A stretch of DNA of 64,000 nucleotides from an uncultured Chloroflexia bacterium (GTDB lineage: Bacteria > Chloroflexota > Chloroflexia > Thermomicrobiales > UBA6265). A program made the translations under genes and the position numbers. Below the pieces are notes generated by a model, which worked only from the letters and a program-made list of their open reading frames with translations, searched no databases and was not told the origin of the DNA. The stretch spans positions 288,001 to 352,000 of the forward strand of contig CAVRUC010000013.1 of assembly GCA_963724295.1 (NCBI GenBank), read 5' to 3'. Shown one piece after another: positions 18,242 through 29,338 of the stretch. The number at the start of each line of letters is the position of its first letter. Positions within the stretch are counted from its first letter, which is position 1.

Positions 18242-20935
18242 TCACGGCTCACCAGTTTCCTCTACCAATCGTTCCTGCTGCTCCCAGAGCCAGGTCAGCG
18301 CCTGGCGCGGGGTCATCGCGTCGAGGTCGAGATCGCGCAACGCGGTGGCAAGGTGTTGTGCCGGGGTTGGCGTGGGCTCTGCTGGCGGTTCCGCCTGCTG
18401 GCGCCAGTCCGGATCTTCTTCCGCGATCAGCCGCCGGGATTCAGCCTCAGGATCGAATCGGCGCGGCGCCTCCGTGAGCAGCATCTCGGCGCGGTCGGCC
18501 ACCCAGGGCGGCAACCCCGCCAGCCGCGCCACCTGGATACCGTAGGCCCGGTCCGCCGGGCCGGGCTGCACCGCGTAGAGGAAGACGACGCGTCCCGCCC
18601 GCTCGAGGGCCGCGACGTGGACATTCGTCACCCCGGGCAGCTCCCGCGCGACGGCGGTCAGCTCCAGGTAGTGGGTGGCGAAGAGCGCCCGTGCCCCGAT
18701 GCGGCGGTTGATGTCCTCCAGCACCGCCCGCGCGATAGCCAGGCCATCGTCGGTCGCGGTGCCACGACCAACTTCGTCCAGGATGAGCAGCGAGCGCTCG
18801 GTGGCCTGGTGCAGGATCGCCGCGGTCTCGACCATCTCGGTCATGAAGGTCGACTGACCGCGGGCCAGGTCATCCTGCGCCCCGACACGGGTGAAGATGC
18901 GGTCGACCAGCCCCACCCGAGCTCGCGCCGCCGGCACCCAGGACCCGATCTGGGCCAGCAACACGATCACCGCCGTCTGACGAAGCCAGGTGCTCTTCCC
19001 GCCCATGTTCGGCCCGGTGACGATCGCCTGCCGCGAACCCTCGCCACCGAGATGGCAGTCGTTTGGAATGAACGGCTCGCCAGCGAGATGCGCCTCGACC
19101 ACGGGGTGGCGCCCGGCGACGATCTCCAATGCATCGGTCTCGTCCACCCCCGGCGCGGTCCACTGGTTGCGGGCGGCCACCTCCGCCAGCGACAGCAGCG
19201 CGTCGAGCTCGGCGAGGGTGCGCGCCGTCGCCAGGAGCCGCCCCGCCTCCGCCGTGACCAGGGCCGCGAGTCGCGCCAGCGCCTCTCGCTCGCGGAAGGC
19301 GATCTCCTCGTCGGCGGCCAGGACCCGCGCTTCAGCATCCTTCAAGGGGGCCGTGACGTACCGCTCGCCGTTGGCCACCGTCTGCTTGCGCGCGTACTCG
19401 GCCGGCACCAGTCCCAGGTTGGGACGGGTGACCTCGATGTAGTAGCCGAAGACCTTGTTGAACCCGACTTTCAGCGAGCGGATGCCTGTCCGCTCGCGCT
19501 CGCGTCCCTCCAGCGCGGCCAGCCACTCCCGCGTTCCCCGCACCGCCGCCACCGCATCGTCCAGATCGGGAGCGAATCCAGGGCGGATCGTGCCGGCGCC
19601 GTTGGCATCCTCCGCGACCGCGGTATCGAGCACGGCCAGGAGATCGGGGCAGGGATCGAGAGGGACGGGAGACGGTAAGTCGGTAAGTCGGTGAGTCGGT
19701 AAGGGAGAAGACGCTGCCGGGCCAAGCGTTTCCAGGATGGTCTCGATCTCGGGGATGGCCCGCAGGGCGGCGGCCAGGGTGAGGAATTCGCGGGCGCCGG
19801 CGCCGCGCCCGGCGATGCGGCCCAGCAGTCGCTCCAGATCGCCGATGGTGGCCAGGGCATCGGCCAGCGCGGAGCGGACCGATGGCGCGGCGACGAGCGC
19901 CGCGACGATTGCCTGGCGGCGGGCGATCTCTTCCAGATCGCGCAGCGGCTGACCGACCAGCCGTCGCAAGGCGCGGGCGCCCATGGGGGTGCGCGTGAGA
20001 TCGAGCACGCCGAGCAGGCTGCCCCGGGTGCCGCCGGTGCCGAAGGAGCGGGTCAGCTCCAGATTGCGGCGGGTGGCGGCATCGAGGCCGACCCAGCGCC
20101 CGGGCGATTCCACGCGCAGTCCGGTCAGCAGCGCGAGCAGCGCCGGGTTGGTGCGCTCCAGATAGGCGAGCACAGCCCCGGCCGCGCCGGTGGCCGCGGG
20201 CAGACCGGCGCAGCCAAAACCGGCGAGCGAGCGCACCCGGAACTGGGCGCAGAGCATCTCCGCGGCTCGATCGGGCGTCCAGCGCCACGACTCGAGGCGG
20301 GTGAGATGGCCAGGCGTCTGCCGTCCTCTGCCCGGTGGCGGGTCCGGGGCATCGTCCGGAACGAGGGTTTCGGCCGGGTTGAGGCGGACGACCTCCTCCG
20401 CCAGCCGCGCCACGGCGTCCTCTCCGGAGAACTCGGCGACGGCAAACTCCCCGGTGCTGACGTCGACCCAGGCCAGCCCCCAGCATTCCCCGAGCTTGTG
20501 GATCGCCGCCAGGTAGCGGTTCTCCCCGGCGGGGAGGAGGGCGAGATCGGCAACCGTGCCGGGACTGATCACCCGGGTGACCGCCCGCTCGACCAGACCG
20601 CGACCGGGCGGGGTCATCTGCTCGGCGATGGCGACGGTGTGTCCGGCCGCCAGCAATCGCCCCAGATAGTGGTTGAGCGCGTGATGGGGGATGCCCGCCA
20701 TCGGCGCGCGTCCCGAGCGGCCGAACGAGCGCGAGGTCAGGGCGATGCGCGCGTCCCGCGCCAGGATCTGGGCGTCCTCGTCGAAGGTCTCGTAGAAGTC
20801 ACCGAGCCGGTAGAGGAGGATCGCACCGGGATGCTGCGCCTTCAGCTCGAGATACTGCCGGCGCGAGGGGACGAGTTCTTCGCGGCCCAGGGCTTCACCG
20901 GCGCCGTTCACAGTCTGGACACGGGAGCGGGACAT
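18242..20935 (-). CDS. mutS: DNA mismatch repair protein MutS
   Basis: GDFYE, MAGIPHH, TRRNLEL, GPNMGGKST, STFMTEM, DEVGRGT, FATHY and YGIQVA motifs. Confidence 0.97.
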   Translation of the reverse strand: MSRSRVQTVNGAGEALGREELVPSRRQYLELKAQHPGAILLYRLGDFYETFDEDAQILARDARIALTSRSFGRSGRAPMAGIPHHALNHYLGRLLAAGHTVAIAEQMTPPGRGLVERAVTRVISPGTVADLALLPAGENRYLAAIHKLGECWGLAWVDVSTGEFAVAEFSGEDAVARLAEEVVRLNPAETLVPDDAPDPPPGRGRQTPGHLTRLESWRWTPDRAAEMLCAQFRVRSLAGFGCAGLPAATGAAGAVLAYLERTNPALLALLTGLRVESPGRWVGLDAATRRNLELTRSFGTGGTRGSLLGVLDLTRTPMGARALRRLVGQPLRDLEEIARRQAIVAALVAAPSVRSALADALATIGDLERLLGRIAGRGAGAREFLTLAAALRAIPEIETILETLGPAASSPLPTHRLTDLPSPVPLDPCPDLLAVLDTAVAEDANGAGTIRPGFAPDLDDAVAAVRGTREWLAALEGRERERTGIRSLKVGFNKVFGYYIEVTRPNLGLVPAEYARKQTVANGERYVTAPLKDAEARVLAADEEIAFREREALARLAALVTAEAGRLLATARTLAELDALLSLAEVAARNQWTAPGVDETDALEIVAGRHPVVEAHLAGEPFIPNDCHLGGEGSRQAIVTGPNMGGKSTWLRQTAVIVLLAQIGSWVPAARARVGLVDRIFTRVGAQDDLARGQSTFMTEMVETAAILHQATERSLLILDEVGRGTATDDGLAIARAVLEDINRRIGARALFATHYLELTAVARELPGVTNVHVAALERAGRVVFLYAVQPGPADRAYGIQVARLAGLPPWVADRAEMLLTEAPRRFDPEAESRRLIAEEDPDWRQQAEPPAEPTPTPAQHLATALRDLDLDAMTPRQALTWLWEQQERLVEETGEP

Positions 20936-21122
20936 GTCCGCGATTATACGGGTAGGGTGAACGCGGGCTGTGAGTGATGGATAGGGATGGGAGATACCAT
21001 GGTCGCGTTGAGTGGCAGCGTGCGGTGGGTCGCTGGGGCTCGATCATCGCATCACGATCCTCCAGGATCGACGAACCGGGGTTGACGCCGTAGGCTGTGG
21101 ATAGCATCGCAAGGGGAGACCA

Positions 21123-21869
21123 TTGGGCACACCTGACCGGGAACCGATTCGTCGCACTCCGCCGTCGATCGATCCGCCGGCAGATGCGTCGCCGGCGCCG
21201 CGTCCGCGGCGGCTCAGCCATGAGGGGCGCTACGCGCTCGTCGAGCCGCTCGACCCAGCCGCCCACACCGCCGCTCTCTTCATGGCCAGCCACGGCGATC
21301 CGGACCGAGAGCGCATCTGGGACTATCTGCCGTACGGTCCCTTCGGCTCGGAAGGGGAATTCCGTACCCACCTGAACGCTCAGGCAGCCAGCGAGGACCC
21401 GCTCTTCTTCGCCATCCGGCCGCGCGGGAGCGATCGGGTCGAGGGAGTCGCCTCGCTGATGAGCATCGAGCCGGATCACCGCTCGATCGAGATCGGACAC
21501 ATCTGGCTCGGGCCGGGACTGCAGCGCACCCCAGCCGCAACGGAGGCGCTCTTCCTCCTCATCGCGCACGCTCTGGACGATCTGGGATACCGGCGGATGG
21601 AGTGGAAGTGCAACGCCGCCAATGCCGCCTCCCGCGCGGCGGCCTGTCGTCTCGGCTTCATCCACGAGGGGGTCTTCTATCAGCATCGCATCTTCAAGGG
21701 CATGAACCGCGACACCGCCTGGTTCTCGATCCTCGATCACGAATGGCCCGCGCTGCGCGCCAACTTCGAGACCTGGCTCGATCCGGCGAATTTCGATGAA
21801 GCGGGGCAGCAGCGACAGTCGCTCGGCGATCTCAATCGCGGGCTGACCGCCTCTCGCGTCGGCGGCTGA
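21123..21869 (+). CDS. GNAT N-acetyltransferase (RimJ/RimL-like)
   Basis: IEIGHIW, LGYRRMEWKCN and NRDTAWFSILDxEW motifs. Confidence 0.9.
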   Translation: MGTPDREPIRRTPPSIDPPADASPAPRPRRLSHEGRYALVEPLDPAAHTAALFMASHGDPDRERIWDYLPYGPFGSEGEFRTHLNAQAASEDPLFFAIRPRGSDRVEGVASLMSIEPDHRSIEIGHIWLGPGLQRTPAATEALFLLIAHALDDLGYRRMEWKCNAANAASRAAACRLGFIHEGVFYQHRIFKGMNRDTAWFSILDHEWPALRANFETWLDPANFDEAGQQRQSLGDLNRGLTASRVGG

Positions 21870-22668
21870 GGCCGAGGACCAGGCCAGCGAAGCCACCGGC
21901 GACGGCGGCGCCCAGGGCCGGGAGCAGCATGCGGGCGATGTGCTGGTACTGATCCCGCTGCCGGCGGCTGAAATCGGCCGCGTCGTTGACGTGGGGGAAG
22001 GGCTCGCCGGCGGGGACCGGGACCCCGAGAAACGCGCACAACGGCTCCCAGCCTTCTTTGACGTCGAAGACGAGGAGCCGCTGCGAAGGAACCGTGGCGA
22101 CGACGTCGCGGTTGTGCTCCTCGAAGATGCGGATGGCCTCGTCGCGGTCCTCGAATCTCCCAGCCAGGGTGCCGTCCCAGACCGTCTCTTGCACCGTCCG
22201 GAACCCGTCTCCGGCGCTGGGATTGGCCCATGCCAGCACCCCGTAGAGGAAGCGGGCCGCGGGCGTCGCGGTGCGCGCTTGGGTCGCCGCGTAGATCGTG
22301 TCGCGAGCGCTGTCGTACCAGCGCTGCGGGTCCCGCACGGTGAGGATCACCCTGGCCTCGGGGTGCGCGGCGATCAGCTCTCGCCAGAAATAGGCGCCGG
22401 GCCAGTCGACCGTGGCCCGGTAGCCGCTGAAGAGCGGTCGCCAGTCGATCGGCTCACCGGCCCGTTTGCGTCGCGCCGCCTCCAACCAGAGCGCGAAACG
22501 CTCCGGGTGGGCGAAGCAGTTGGTCATGTGCTCGCAGGGAGCGAAGCCGAGCCGCTCCAGCGCCGCGTGCAGCGAGAGGGTTCCCGTTCGCCCCAACCCG
22601 GCGCCAATGACCGTCAGTGTTGGTGACGGCGCACCTGCCACCACGGCGTGCTCCATGGTTACTTCCAT
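21832..22668 (-). CDS. Sulfotransferase-family protein with C-terminal membrane anchor
   Basis: VIGAGLGRTGTLSL, VDWP, ILTVRDP, GWEPLCAFL and PFPHVN motifs. Confidence 0.88.
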   Translation of the reverse strand: MEVTMEHAVVAGAPSPTLTVIGAGLGRTGTLSLHAALERLGFAPCEHMTNCFAHPERFALWLEAARRKRAGEPIDWRPLFSGYRATVDWPGAYFWRELIAAHPEARVILTVRDPQRWYDSARDTIYAATQARTATPAARFLYGVLAWANPSAGDGFRTVQETVWDGTLAGRFEDRDEAIRIFEEHNRDVVATVPSQRLLVFDVKEGWEPLCAFLGVPVPAGEPFPHVNDAADFSRRQRDQYQHIARMLLPALGAAVAGGFAGLVLGLSRRRERRSARD

Positions 22669-22684
22669 TGCTCACGGCCAAGTG

Positions 22685-22710
22685 AGGGGCGCGTCTCACG
22701 ACGCGCCCCT
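22685..22710. repeat. REP-like palindrome
   Basis: AGGGGCGCGTC-TCAC-GACGCGCCCCT, a perfect 11-bp stem; similar to 34092-34121. Confidence 0.55.
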
Positions 22711-22764
22711 GTTGAGCTTCGCCATCAATCGCGTTCACGGCTGGTGACGAAGAGTTCCGGCGTG

Positions 22765-24372
22765 TTACGGGGCAGGTGTTGCGGCCACGATCGCCTCGCC
22801 CTCGGCCGTTCGCGAGGGTGGGCGATCCCCGCCCGAGGGCGCGGCCGTCGCCCCCTCCGGGATCTGGTCGGCGGCGACGAGCATCCAGAGCGAGCCGGCT
22901 GGATTCGGCGCCATCTGGCCGTAACCGCACTCGCACGATGTGAAGTAGATGTTGCCGGCCTCATCCTCGCCGGAGCCGGTCACGAAGAGCGCCGTGTCGA
23001 GCAGCTCTTCCATCTGCCACGAGCCGTCGTCGCCATGGGCAATGCCCCAGATCCGGCCGGAGACGTAGTCAGAGACGAAGTAGATACCCTCCAGGTCCGG
23101 ATAGGCGTCGCCACGATAAACGTGGCCGCCGATCACGGTGGAGCCGCCAGCTGGATCATGCAGGTACTCGGCTACCGGCAAGACTCCCACCTTCGGACAG
23201 TCAGGATTCATGCTGTCCGGGAAGCAATGGGAGCCCTGGAGGAATTTCCAGCCGTAGTTGAACCCACCTTCGCTGCTGGCCGGTTCGAAGTCGATCTCCT
23301 CCCAGAAGTTCTGGCCGACGTCGCCGATCCAGAGATCGCCTGTCTCGCGGTCGAACGAGAACTGCCATGGGTTGCGAATGCCGAACGCCCAGATTTCGGG
23401 CTTGGCATACGGGTGATAGCGCGCGAAGTCATCTTCGGTCAGCCCGAAGAGATTCAGGATGTCATCGCCGGCGATGAACGGATTGTCCGCGGGAATCGCA
23501 TAGTTCTCGCCAATCGACTCTCTCCCCGCGCCGCCCGTCGAGACGGAGTGGGTAATGTCCTCGTGCACCATGCCCTCGGCTGCCGCGGTCGCTTCTTCGG
23601 CGGTGGCCGGGGTGCTGCCCTTGCCGCAGGCCGGGAGGCCAAGCGCTGGGTTGACGTCGATGCGCAGGATCTTCCCCAGGTGGGTCGTGAGATCCTGGCC
23701 GGCGTCGAGCGGATCGCCTTCGAGTCCACCGTCACCATGCCCGATATAGAGGCAGCCGTCCGGCCCGAACTCGATATCACCGCCGATGTGGTTGGGGTAG
23801 GGCTGAGCGCGGAAGCTGATGACCTCGGCGCTGGCGGGATCCGCGACGTCCGGATTGTCGGCGGAGACGTTCATCTGCAGCGTGAGCACGTCGCCGCTAC
23901 GCAGCAAGTCGGTGTAGTTGATGTAGAAGATGCCGTTCTCGGCGAAGTTCGGATGGAAGGCCATCCCCAGCAGGCCCTGCTCGAGGAAGGCGGCCATCGT
24001 CTGGCTGCGCCAATCGAGAAACGGCTCCGGCAGAACGTTCCCATCGGCATCGACGATGCGGATCGTGCCGGCGCGCTCGACGACGAAGATGCGGCCGCTG
24101 CCATCGTGGGGCGCAGCGACGTTGACCGGCTCGGCGAGGTCCGCCGTCACCTCGATGAGCTGGATTTGCGGCTCCCCGGGGAGATCTCCTCCTGGCTGTG
24201 CAACCTCCGAGGGGTAAAACGCGTACTGGCCCGGTAACGGAGCCCCTGCGTTCGGTGCGTCGCTAGGTGTGCCGGCGGTTGGCGTAGCGTCTTGAGCGAC
24301 CGCGCTGGCGAAACCTGCTGCCAGCATCATCACGACTGCGAACAACGATGCGAACCTGCGGAATGGGTGCAT
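22765..24372 (-). CDS. Secreted PQQ-dependent sugar (glucose/sorbosone) dehydrogenase
   Basis: Signal peptide; EQGLLGMAFHP, NHIGG, GKILRIDV, GIRNPW and DVGQN motifs; GAAGGAG RBS. Confidence 0.9.
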   Translation of the reverse strand: MHPFRRFASLFAVVMMLAAGFASAVAQDATPTAGTPSDAPNAGAPLPGQYAFYPSEVAQPGGDLPGEPQIQLIEVTADLAEPVNVAAPHDGSGRIFVVERAGTIRIVDADGNVLPEPFLDWRSQTMAAFLEQGLLGMAFHPNFAENGIFYINYTDLLRSGDVLTLQMNVSADNPDVADPASAEVISFRAQPYPNHIGGDIEFGPDGCLYIGHGDGGLEGDPLDAGQDLTTHLGKILRIDVNPALGLPACGKGSTPATAEEATAAAEGMVHEDITHSVSTGGAGRESIGENYAIPADNPFIAGDDILNLFGLTEDDFARYHPYAKPEIWAFGIRNPWQFSFDRETGDLWIGDVGQNFWEEIDFEPASSEGGFNYGWKFLQGSHCFPDSMNPDCPKVGVLPVAEYLHDPAGGSTVIGGHVYRGDAYPDLEGIYFVSDYVSGRIWGIAHGDDGSWQMEELLDTALFVTGSGEDEAGNIYFTSCECGYGQMAPNPAGSLWMLVAADQIPEGATAAPSGGDRPPSRTAEGEAIVAATPAP

Positions 24373-24596
24373 GGTGTCTCCTTCCGACAATCGAAATCGG
24401 CCTATTAGGCCCCAGGCGACTGATCGAAGCGCCACGTCGTGCGAGATACTTCCTGGTATCTGTCCATGAGACGGAACCCTAGCGACGGAGCGAACACGAG
24501 ACAGGGGATGCCGCATGAACGCTGTACTCGAACCCGTAAGATGATGGGCCTGGCTCGGATGCGATACCACGGGGCGACCTGCGTTTTCTCCGAATC

Positions 24597-24947
24597 ATGC
24601 TCGGCTTGCAAGTCGCCCTCGGTCTGCTCTGGGGCGTCTCGATGCTCTTCTTCGCCCGCCAGATCGTGCTCGGATCCCCAGATGGTCCCCACATCGAGAA
24701 GATCGCCATGGAGGGTGCCGCCCACATGGCCCTCGTCTTTGGCGCCATCCTGGTCTGGCGCGCACCTGCTCGTGCCCGGGACGTGCTCCTGGTCATGATC
24801 TTCCTCAACGCGCTGTGGACACTGACCGACCTGGTCTACATTCCATTGCTCGGCCTGAGCGAGATCGATTTCTACGCCAAGGTGATCGTCAACGCCTTCC
24901 TCGCCATTGGGTTGGCGCTCTCGGGTCGACGCGCCGGCATCATCTAG
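24597..24947 (+). CDS. Small integral membrane protein (4 TM); N-terminus possibly frameshifted from about 24516
   Basis: Four hydrophobic segments. Confidence 0.65.
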   Translation: MLGLQVALGLLWGVSMLFFARQIVLGSPDGPHIEKIAMEGAAHMALVFGAILVWRAPARARDVLLVMIFLNALWTLTDLVYIPLLGLSEIDFYAKVIVNAFLAIGLALSGRRAGII

Positions 24948-25177
24948 CCTCGCCCTACGGCCAGGCGATGCTCAGCGGGCCGGGTGTCATTTCATCCACG
25001 ACGCACGCCTAACCAGGGTGGACCCCGGTACCGAGGACGGTGCCGGGGCTCGCCCTTGAGCAATCGCCCCGTGACTTGGCGTGAGCGGGAGCATTCGGCA
25101 AAACTCCGGATTATGTGCCACCGGACGCGCGATGGGCGGTCGCGAACGCCCATCGCCTTCGTTCCCCAGAGTCGGGG

Positions 25178-26958
25178 CTACTGAACCCGTAGGGTCCCTA
25201 CCATGCCGGCCTCCTCGTGACCTGGCACGTCGCAGATGTAGTCATACCTTCCCGCCGGGGCGTTGATGACCACCTCCTTCGTTTCCCCTGGCGCCATCTC
25301 GACCTTGATGCCAAGTTCCTCGATCACAAAGGTGTGAACGGCCGCACCGTGGTTGGGAATGGTCACCGTAACATCGGTGTTGGCAGGGATGGTCATCTCA
25401 TTCGGGTTCCAGTCGATGTCGACTGCCTCAACCGTGACCGGACCTGCCGCCGCAGGCGCACCCTCAGCGACCGGGGTGCCAGCGGGTTGCTGTTCCGCGG
25501 CAGCGGCCGGGGTTGACGGTGCGGCCTCGGGAGTGGTGCCCTCTGGTGCCGGAGTTGGCGCGACCTCCGCGTCTTGCGGGACCTGGTCGGCTGCAACGAG
25601 ACGCCAAATCTCGCCCTGCGGGTCGGCATAGGGGTTGTACATGCGACCGCCAGAGCCACAGGTCGCGCAGCTCGTCACATACAGTTCGCCGGCCTCATCC
25701 TGTCCCGCCCCGGTTGGGCGTAGCGCTGTGTGGAGGAGCTCCTGGTAGACCCATTGGCCCCCCTCGTCGCGCTTAAGGCCCCAGAACTTACCCGAGCAAT
25801 AATCGGCATTGAAGTAGGTGCCGTCGAGCGATGGGGAGGCGGTCCCGCGGTAGACGCCCAAACCGGTGATCGAGCAATCCCGTCGTCGTGGTTGTACTCC
25901 GCCACCGGCGCCACACCCAACGGATCGCAGTCCGTAACCTCGTCGACTGGCACCGGAGTACCGGGAGGCGCGAATGCCGCTGGCGGGTAGCAGTGAGCCG
26001 ACTCGAGGGGGTCCCAGCCATAGTTCTGTCCACCCGGGTCACCGGCAGGCTGGAAGTTCACCTCTTCCCAACGGTTCTGACCAACGTCAGTGATGTAGAG
26101 ATCGCCCGTGGCCCGGTCAAAGGCAAACTGCCAGGGGTTCCGCAGGCCATACGCCCAGATTTCCCGCCGAGCGTCCGGTCGATAGTCCCCAGTCTGGGCC
26201 AACTGGCCGGCGGCGGGCTCAGGGATGATCCCCCCGCCCGCGAATGGATTGTCGGCTGGGATCGCGTACGGCGCTTCGCCTTGCGTGTTCACGTCGATCC
26301 GGAGGATCTTGCCAAGGATAGTGGACAGATCTTGAGCGTTATCGTACGGGTCGCCGGCGGAACCACCGTCGCCGATCGACAAATAGAGATACCCGTCGGG
26401 TCCGAAGTGCAGCGTCCCACCGTTATGGTTGGTGAACGGATCCTCCTCACTCAAGAGGACACGCGCGCTTTCCGGGTCCGCCCTATTTGGATCGTCGGCG
26501 GACACTCTGCGCTCGACCAGAAAGTGGTCACCGTTGGTCCGGAAGTCGCTGTAATAGATGTAGAAGAGGCCGTTGTTCTCGTAATCCGGATGAAACGCCA
26601 GGCCGAGCAACCCCTGCTCCTGATGGTCGATCTTGACCAACGCAGCGATATCGAGGAACGGCTCCTCCAGGAGGTTGCCCTCCTGGTCGATAATCAGGAT
26701 CTGTCCGGTTCGCTGGACAACGAACATCCGGCCGCTACCGTCGCCCGCGTTTGTCACGTTCACTGGGTCGACAAGACCGCCGGCAACCTTGACCAGCTGA
26801 ACGGCGATATCCCCGGGGAGTGTCCCACCCGGCCGTGCCACCGGTTCCGCAAACGGCGAGAACCCGGCCGAGTCCGAATCTTGCGCCTCCGCGGGCGCGA
26901 GCACCCATCCCCCGGCTAGAGTCATGAGGACAACGCCCAGGAGCAACCTGCGTATCAT
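25178..26958 (-). pseudogene. Secreted PQQ-dependent sugar dehydrogenase fused to a C-terminal cupredoxin (one frameshift near 25875)
   Basis: GSDH motifs in 25675..26958 continue in 25178..25861; C-terminal HTF...CDVPGHEEAGM type-1 copper ligands. Confidence 0.85.
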
Positions 26959-27289
26959 CGCTTTATCCTTCGGAGAATTCGATTTCCGGTCTGGGACACC
27001 CCGAGACAGTCACCGATGCGCTGCACGTTTAGTGCCACAGCTGATCACGGCGGTTGGGTCGAAAGCACGCAAGAGCCGCTGCTCGCCGAAGCACCCTCCA
27101 CTGCGGCACAGGAGGAGAGGACACGACGGGCATCGGATCTGCGCACGGTCAACCGGGGTATGCGTGGCTACTCGCTCTCGAGCCTGCTACGTTGTCAGCA
27201 CTGGGGCGTCACGTTGCCCATTGGACAGGACAGGGAACGTGATTGTGTTTACTGCCAACGCGCGCGAAGGCCGAAACGGCATCGCAGCA

Positions 27290-29242
27290 TCAACAGCAGC
27301 GGCTCTCACCACTGACGACAATAGGGCTGGCGACTCCCGAGGCACTGACGGCTCGGACCCCGTACGTTGTGCGGCCCGGCGAGGGCGTCGTGTCAATCCA
27401 GAGTGCAGAGCGTAATGGGTCGGGTGTAAGGAGCTCCTCCGGAACGCCATCGCGCAGCCGGAAGACCTCGTATCCATAGAAAAACGGTTCCTGGTTGGGG
27501 CTCCACCGCAGGATCGCAGTCCTGCCGTGCATCGCGGTCTCGAGCCATGCGGGCGCTTGCGGCGCTGCCGGCAGCACCGGTGTGATCCAGAGGCAGAGCG
27601 TCGTGAACGGTTCGAGCGTCAGCGTCTCGGTGTACGTCCCACCCGGCACGGCGATGTCGCGCGCAATCGGTTGCTCCAGGGCTATCTCCTGACGCTGCCG
27701 AATACTCTGGATCTGCTCCGGGGCTGGAATCGGAAATGGGTTGGACGGCGAGCCGCCGGCCGCCGTGTAGGCATTGGAACCAACCCGGTCGATCTGGAAC
27801 CGGGCGATGTTGACCCGCGGCCACGGGAGGTCGCCGATGACGTATTCGACCGTGCGCGGCGTGAGGGCTTCGCGTTTCCGGGTCGGGATAGTACGTAAGC
27901 AGCGAGGCCACGTGAGTGGTAGCGACGGTGGCTAGATGGTAGAGGTCCGTGTGGGGAAAGAGCCGCGCAGACCCCGAGACAACCGTTCCATGCCGGTCAC
28001 CGAGCAGGCGCAGCAGCTCATAGAAGCCGTAGGCGGGGACCTTGAGGAGATCGGTTTCCGTTGTCCCGGCGCGGGTCATGATGGAGCGCCGGCCGTCAAA
28101 CGGCGCCTGCACCAGCTGCAAATTCGCGTTATCGGCGGCGGCGGCGAACCGCAGATCAGCCTCTCGGAAGCGCTCGCCGAGCTGGTCGTGAATGACGGCA
28201 ACCGCGGCCAGCCAGGCGGCCCCACGTTCGTCCATTCTCGGCGCGTACGGCACCTCGAAACCGACTTTCTCGTCCGCCTCGTTGTTCCAGATGGTGAGTC
28301 CGGCGAATCGCCGCGCGTCGATGGCAAGGGCCTGGCGCGCCGTCTCCGCCGCCGCTACGTCGAGGCGACGCGGGTCGGGTGGGTCATCGCCGACGGTCCC
28401 CTTGCGGTGCAGGGAGACGAAGTCGCAGCGAAGCCCGGGATCCGCGGCGATGAACCGGAGAAAGCGCTCCATCCAGGGAGGGCCGTCGTCGGGGGTCGCC
28501 TCGGGCTTGTAGGCGATGGCCGGTCCACCGAGCCGGATCGAGACTCCAGCCTCATCAACTGCCTCCGACGTCGCACGGTAGAGTGCGAAGTAGTCGTCAG
28601 GCGTTCCCTGCCAGAACCGTCCCTCGTTAGGTTCATTCCAGACCTCGAACCACCAGTCAGCGATCGTCTCAGGCCCGAAGCGGGGTCGGTCGCGAGCTCG
28701 CGGAAGAAGGCGCGGACGAGCGTCTTCCAGCGATCCCAGGCGGCCGGTGGCCGGATCGGCGACGAAGAGACCGCCGGCGGGAAGAAGCCGAGCACGACGA
28801 ACGGGATAAGGCCTCGCGTCGTGAGGGCTTCGAGGGCGTCGAAGGTCGTGGCGAAGTCGATCGGCCGCTCGACCCGCGTCCAGACGTTGCCCCCGCTCTC
28901 AGGGATGAACGCTTCTCGTTGGCCGGCGGTGAAGGCGCCAAAGAAACGCACGCCATGGAACGCGCCGGGAGAGGCCGCAAGATTGTCGAGCAACCGGGTG
29001 AACTGAGGATCAACGAGCCAGTCGACGTCGAAGATGCCGACGGTACCGAAGTTCTGGCGCGCGAAGACGCGATCGCCCGGGTCCTCCGATTTCACGGATA
29101 CGGTGACCAGCGGCTGGTCCGTATCGGTGGTCCGGAGAGCGCGTGACCTCAACGCCCCCTCGACGGCGATGGGGACGGTAAGGATCGTCCGGCGAGACAG
29201 CATGCCAACGCTGCTTTTCCTCCAGGCCGGCATTGACGACAT
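27290..29242 (-). pseudogene. GH39 glycoside hydrolase (beta-xylosidase / alpha-L-iduronidase-like) with C-terminal FN3-like domain; frameshifts near 28680 and 27860
   Basis: WWFEVWNEPN acid/base motif (about 28630-28655), LGGPA, DFVSLH, WNNEAD, YxVRAV; SRRTIL Tat-like leader. Confidence 0.8.
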
Positions 29243-29338
29243 CGTGCTCCTTGCCCACGGGGTGGCGCGTATTGCCCGTTACGCCACACCATCGCATCAT
29301 CCGCGCTGGTACTGAGACAGACAAGGGGGTAGGGAGCG

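Noticed and set aside
18227..19678. 483-aa plus-strand ORF
   Set aside because: Antisense shadow of mutS
22648..24237. 529-aa plus-strand ORF
   Set aside because: Antisense shadow of the PQQ dehydrogenase
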